The position numbers and the translations under genes were made by a program. From NCBI GenBank assembly GCA_964014485.1, contig CAXHAT010000193.1, positions 1 through 14,896 on the forward strand: DNA of 14,896 nt. The letters run 5' to 3'. Each line of letters starts with the position of its first letter. Positions within the stretch are counted from its first letter, which is position 1. The stretch comes from an uncultured Deferribacteres bacterium (GTDB taxonomy: Bacteria > Zhuqueibacterota > Zhuqueibacteria > Zhuqueibacterales > Geothermadaptataceae). Below the pieces are notes generated by a model. That model was not told the origin of the DNA. It did not search any database and worked only from the letters and a program-made list of their open reading frames with translations. Of this stretch, positions 14,813 to 14,896 are shown piece by piece.

Positions 14813-14896
14813 TCTATTCACTACCTGACACTTTTTGTATAGGCTTCTATAACTGGCGAAGAAGGCCGGAATTGTCATGCTGGAAGCATCTTTTTT

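Noticed and set aside
14876..14896. Small hairpin ATGCT-GGA-AGCAT followed by a T-run at the window edge
   Set aside because: The stem is only 5 bp and is cut by the window boundary, so a terminator cannot be supported.

Overview
Bacterial genomic window, probably FCB-group (a T9SS type-A C-terminal domain and an FlgD-Ig domain are both present; KSB1- or Calditrichota-like is an inference). From left to right it holds: (1) the 3' part of a molybdopterin oxidoreductase gene; (2) a ~420-bp nested repeat, in which a REP-like doublet has its right hairpin loop interrupted by a 286-bp MITE (19-bp TIRs, TGAA duplication) that itself contains a second palindromic hairpin array; (3) a tightly packed four-gene operon encoding a pentaheme cytochrome c, an ABC-type membrane protein, an ABC ATPase and a lipoprotein; (4) a convergent M49/DPP-III-like lipoprotein that has lost its zinc-binding motifs; (5) a ~600-bp divergent intergenic region; (6) a membrane-anchored stand-alone FlgD-Ig protein; (7) miaA; (8) a ~1620-aa secreted lamin-tail/CotH-kinase protein with a T9SS sorting domain. 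The most notable items are the nested REP/MITE element, the apparent M49 pseudo-peptidase and the cytochrome/ABC/lipoprotein operon. All family assignments come from recognising motifs by eye; no database searches were run.
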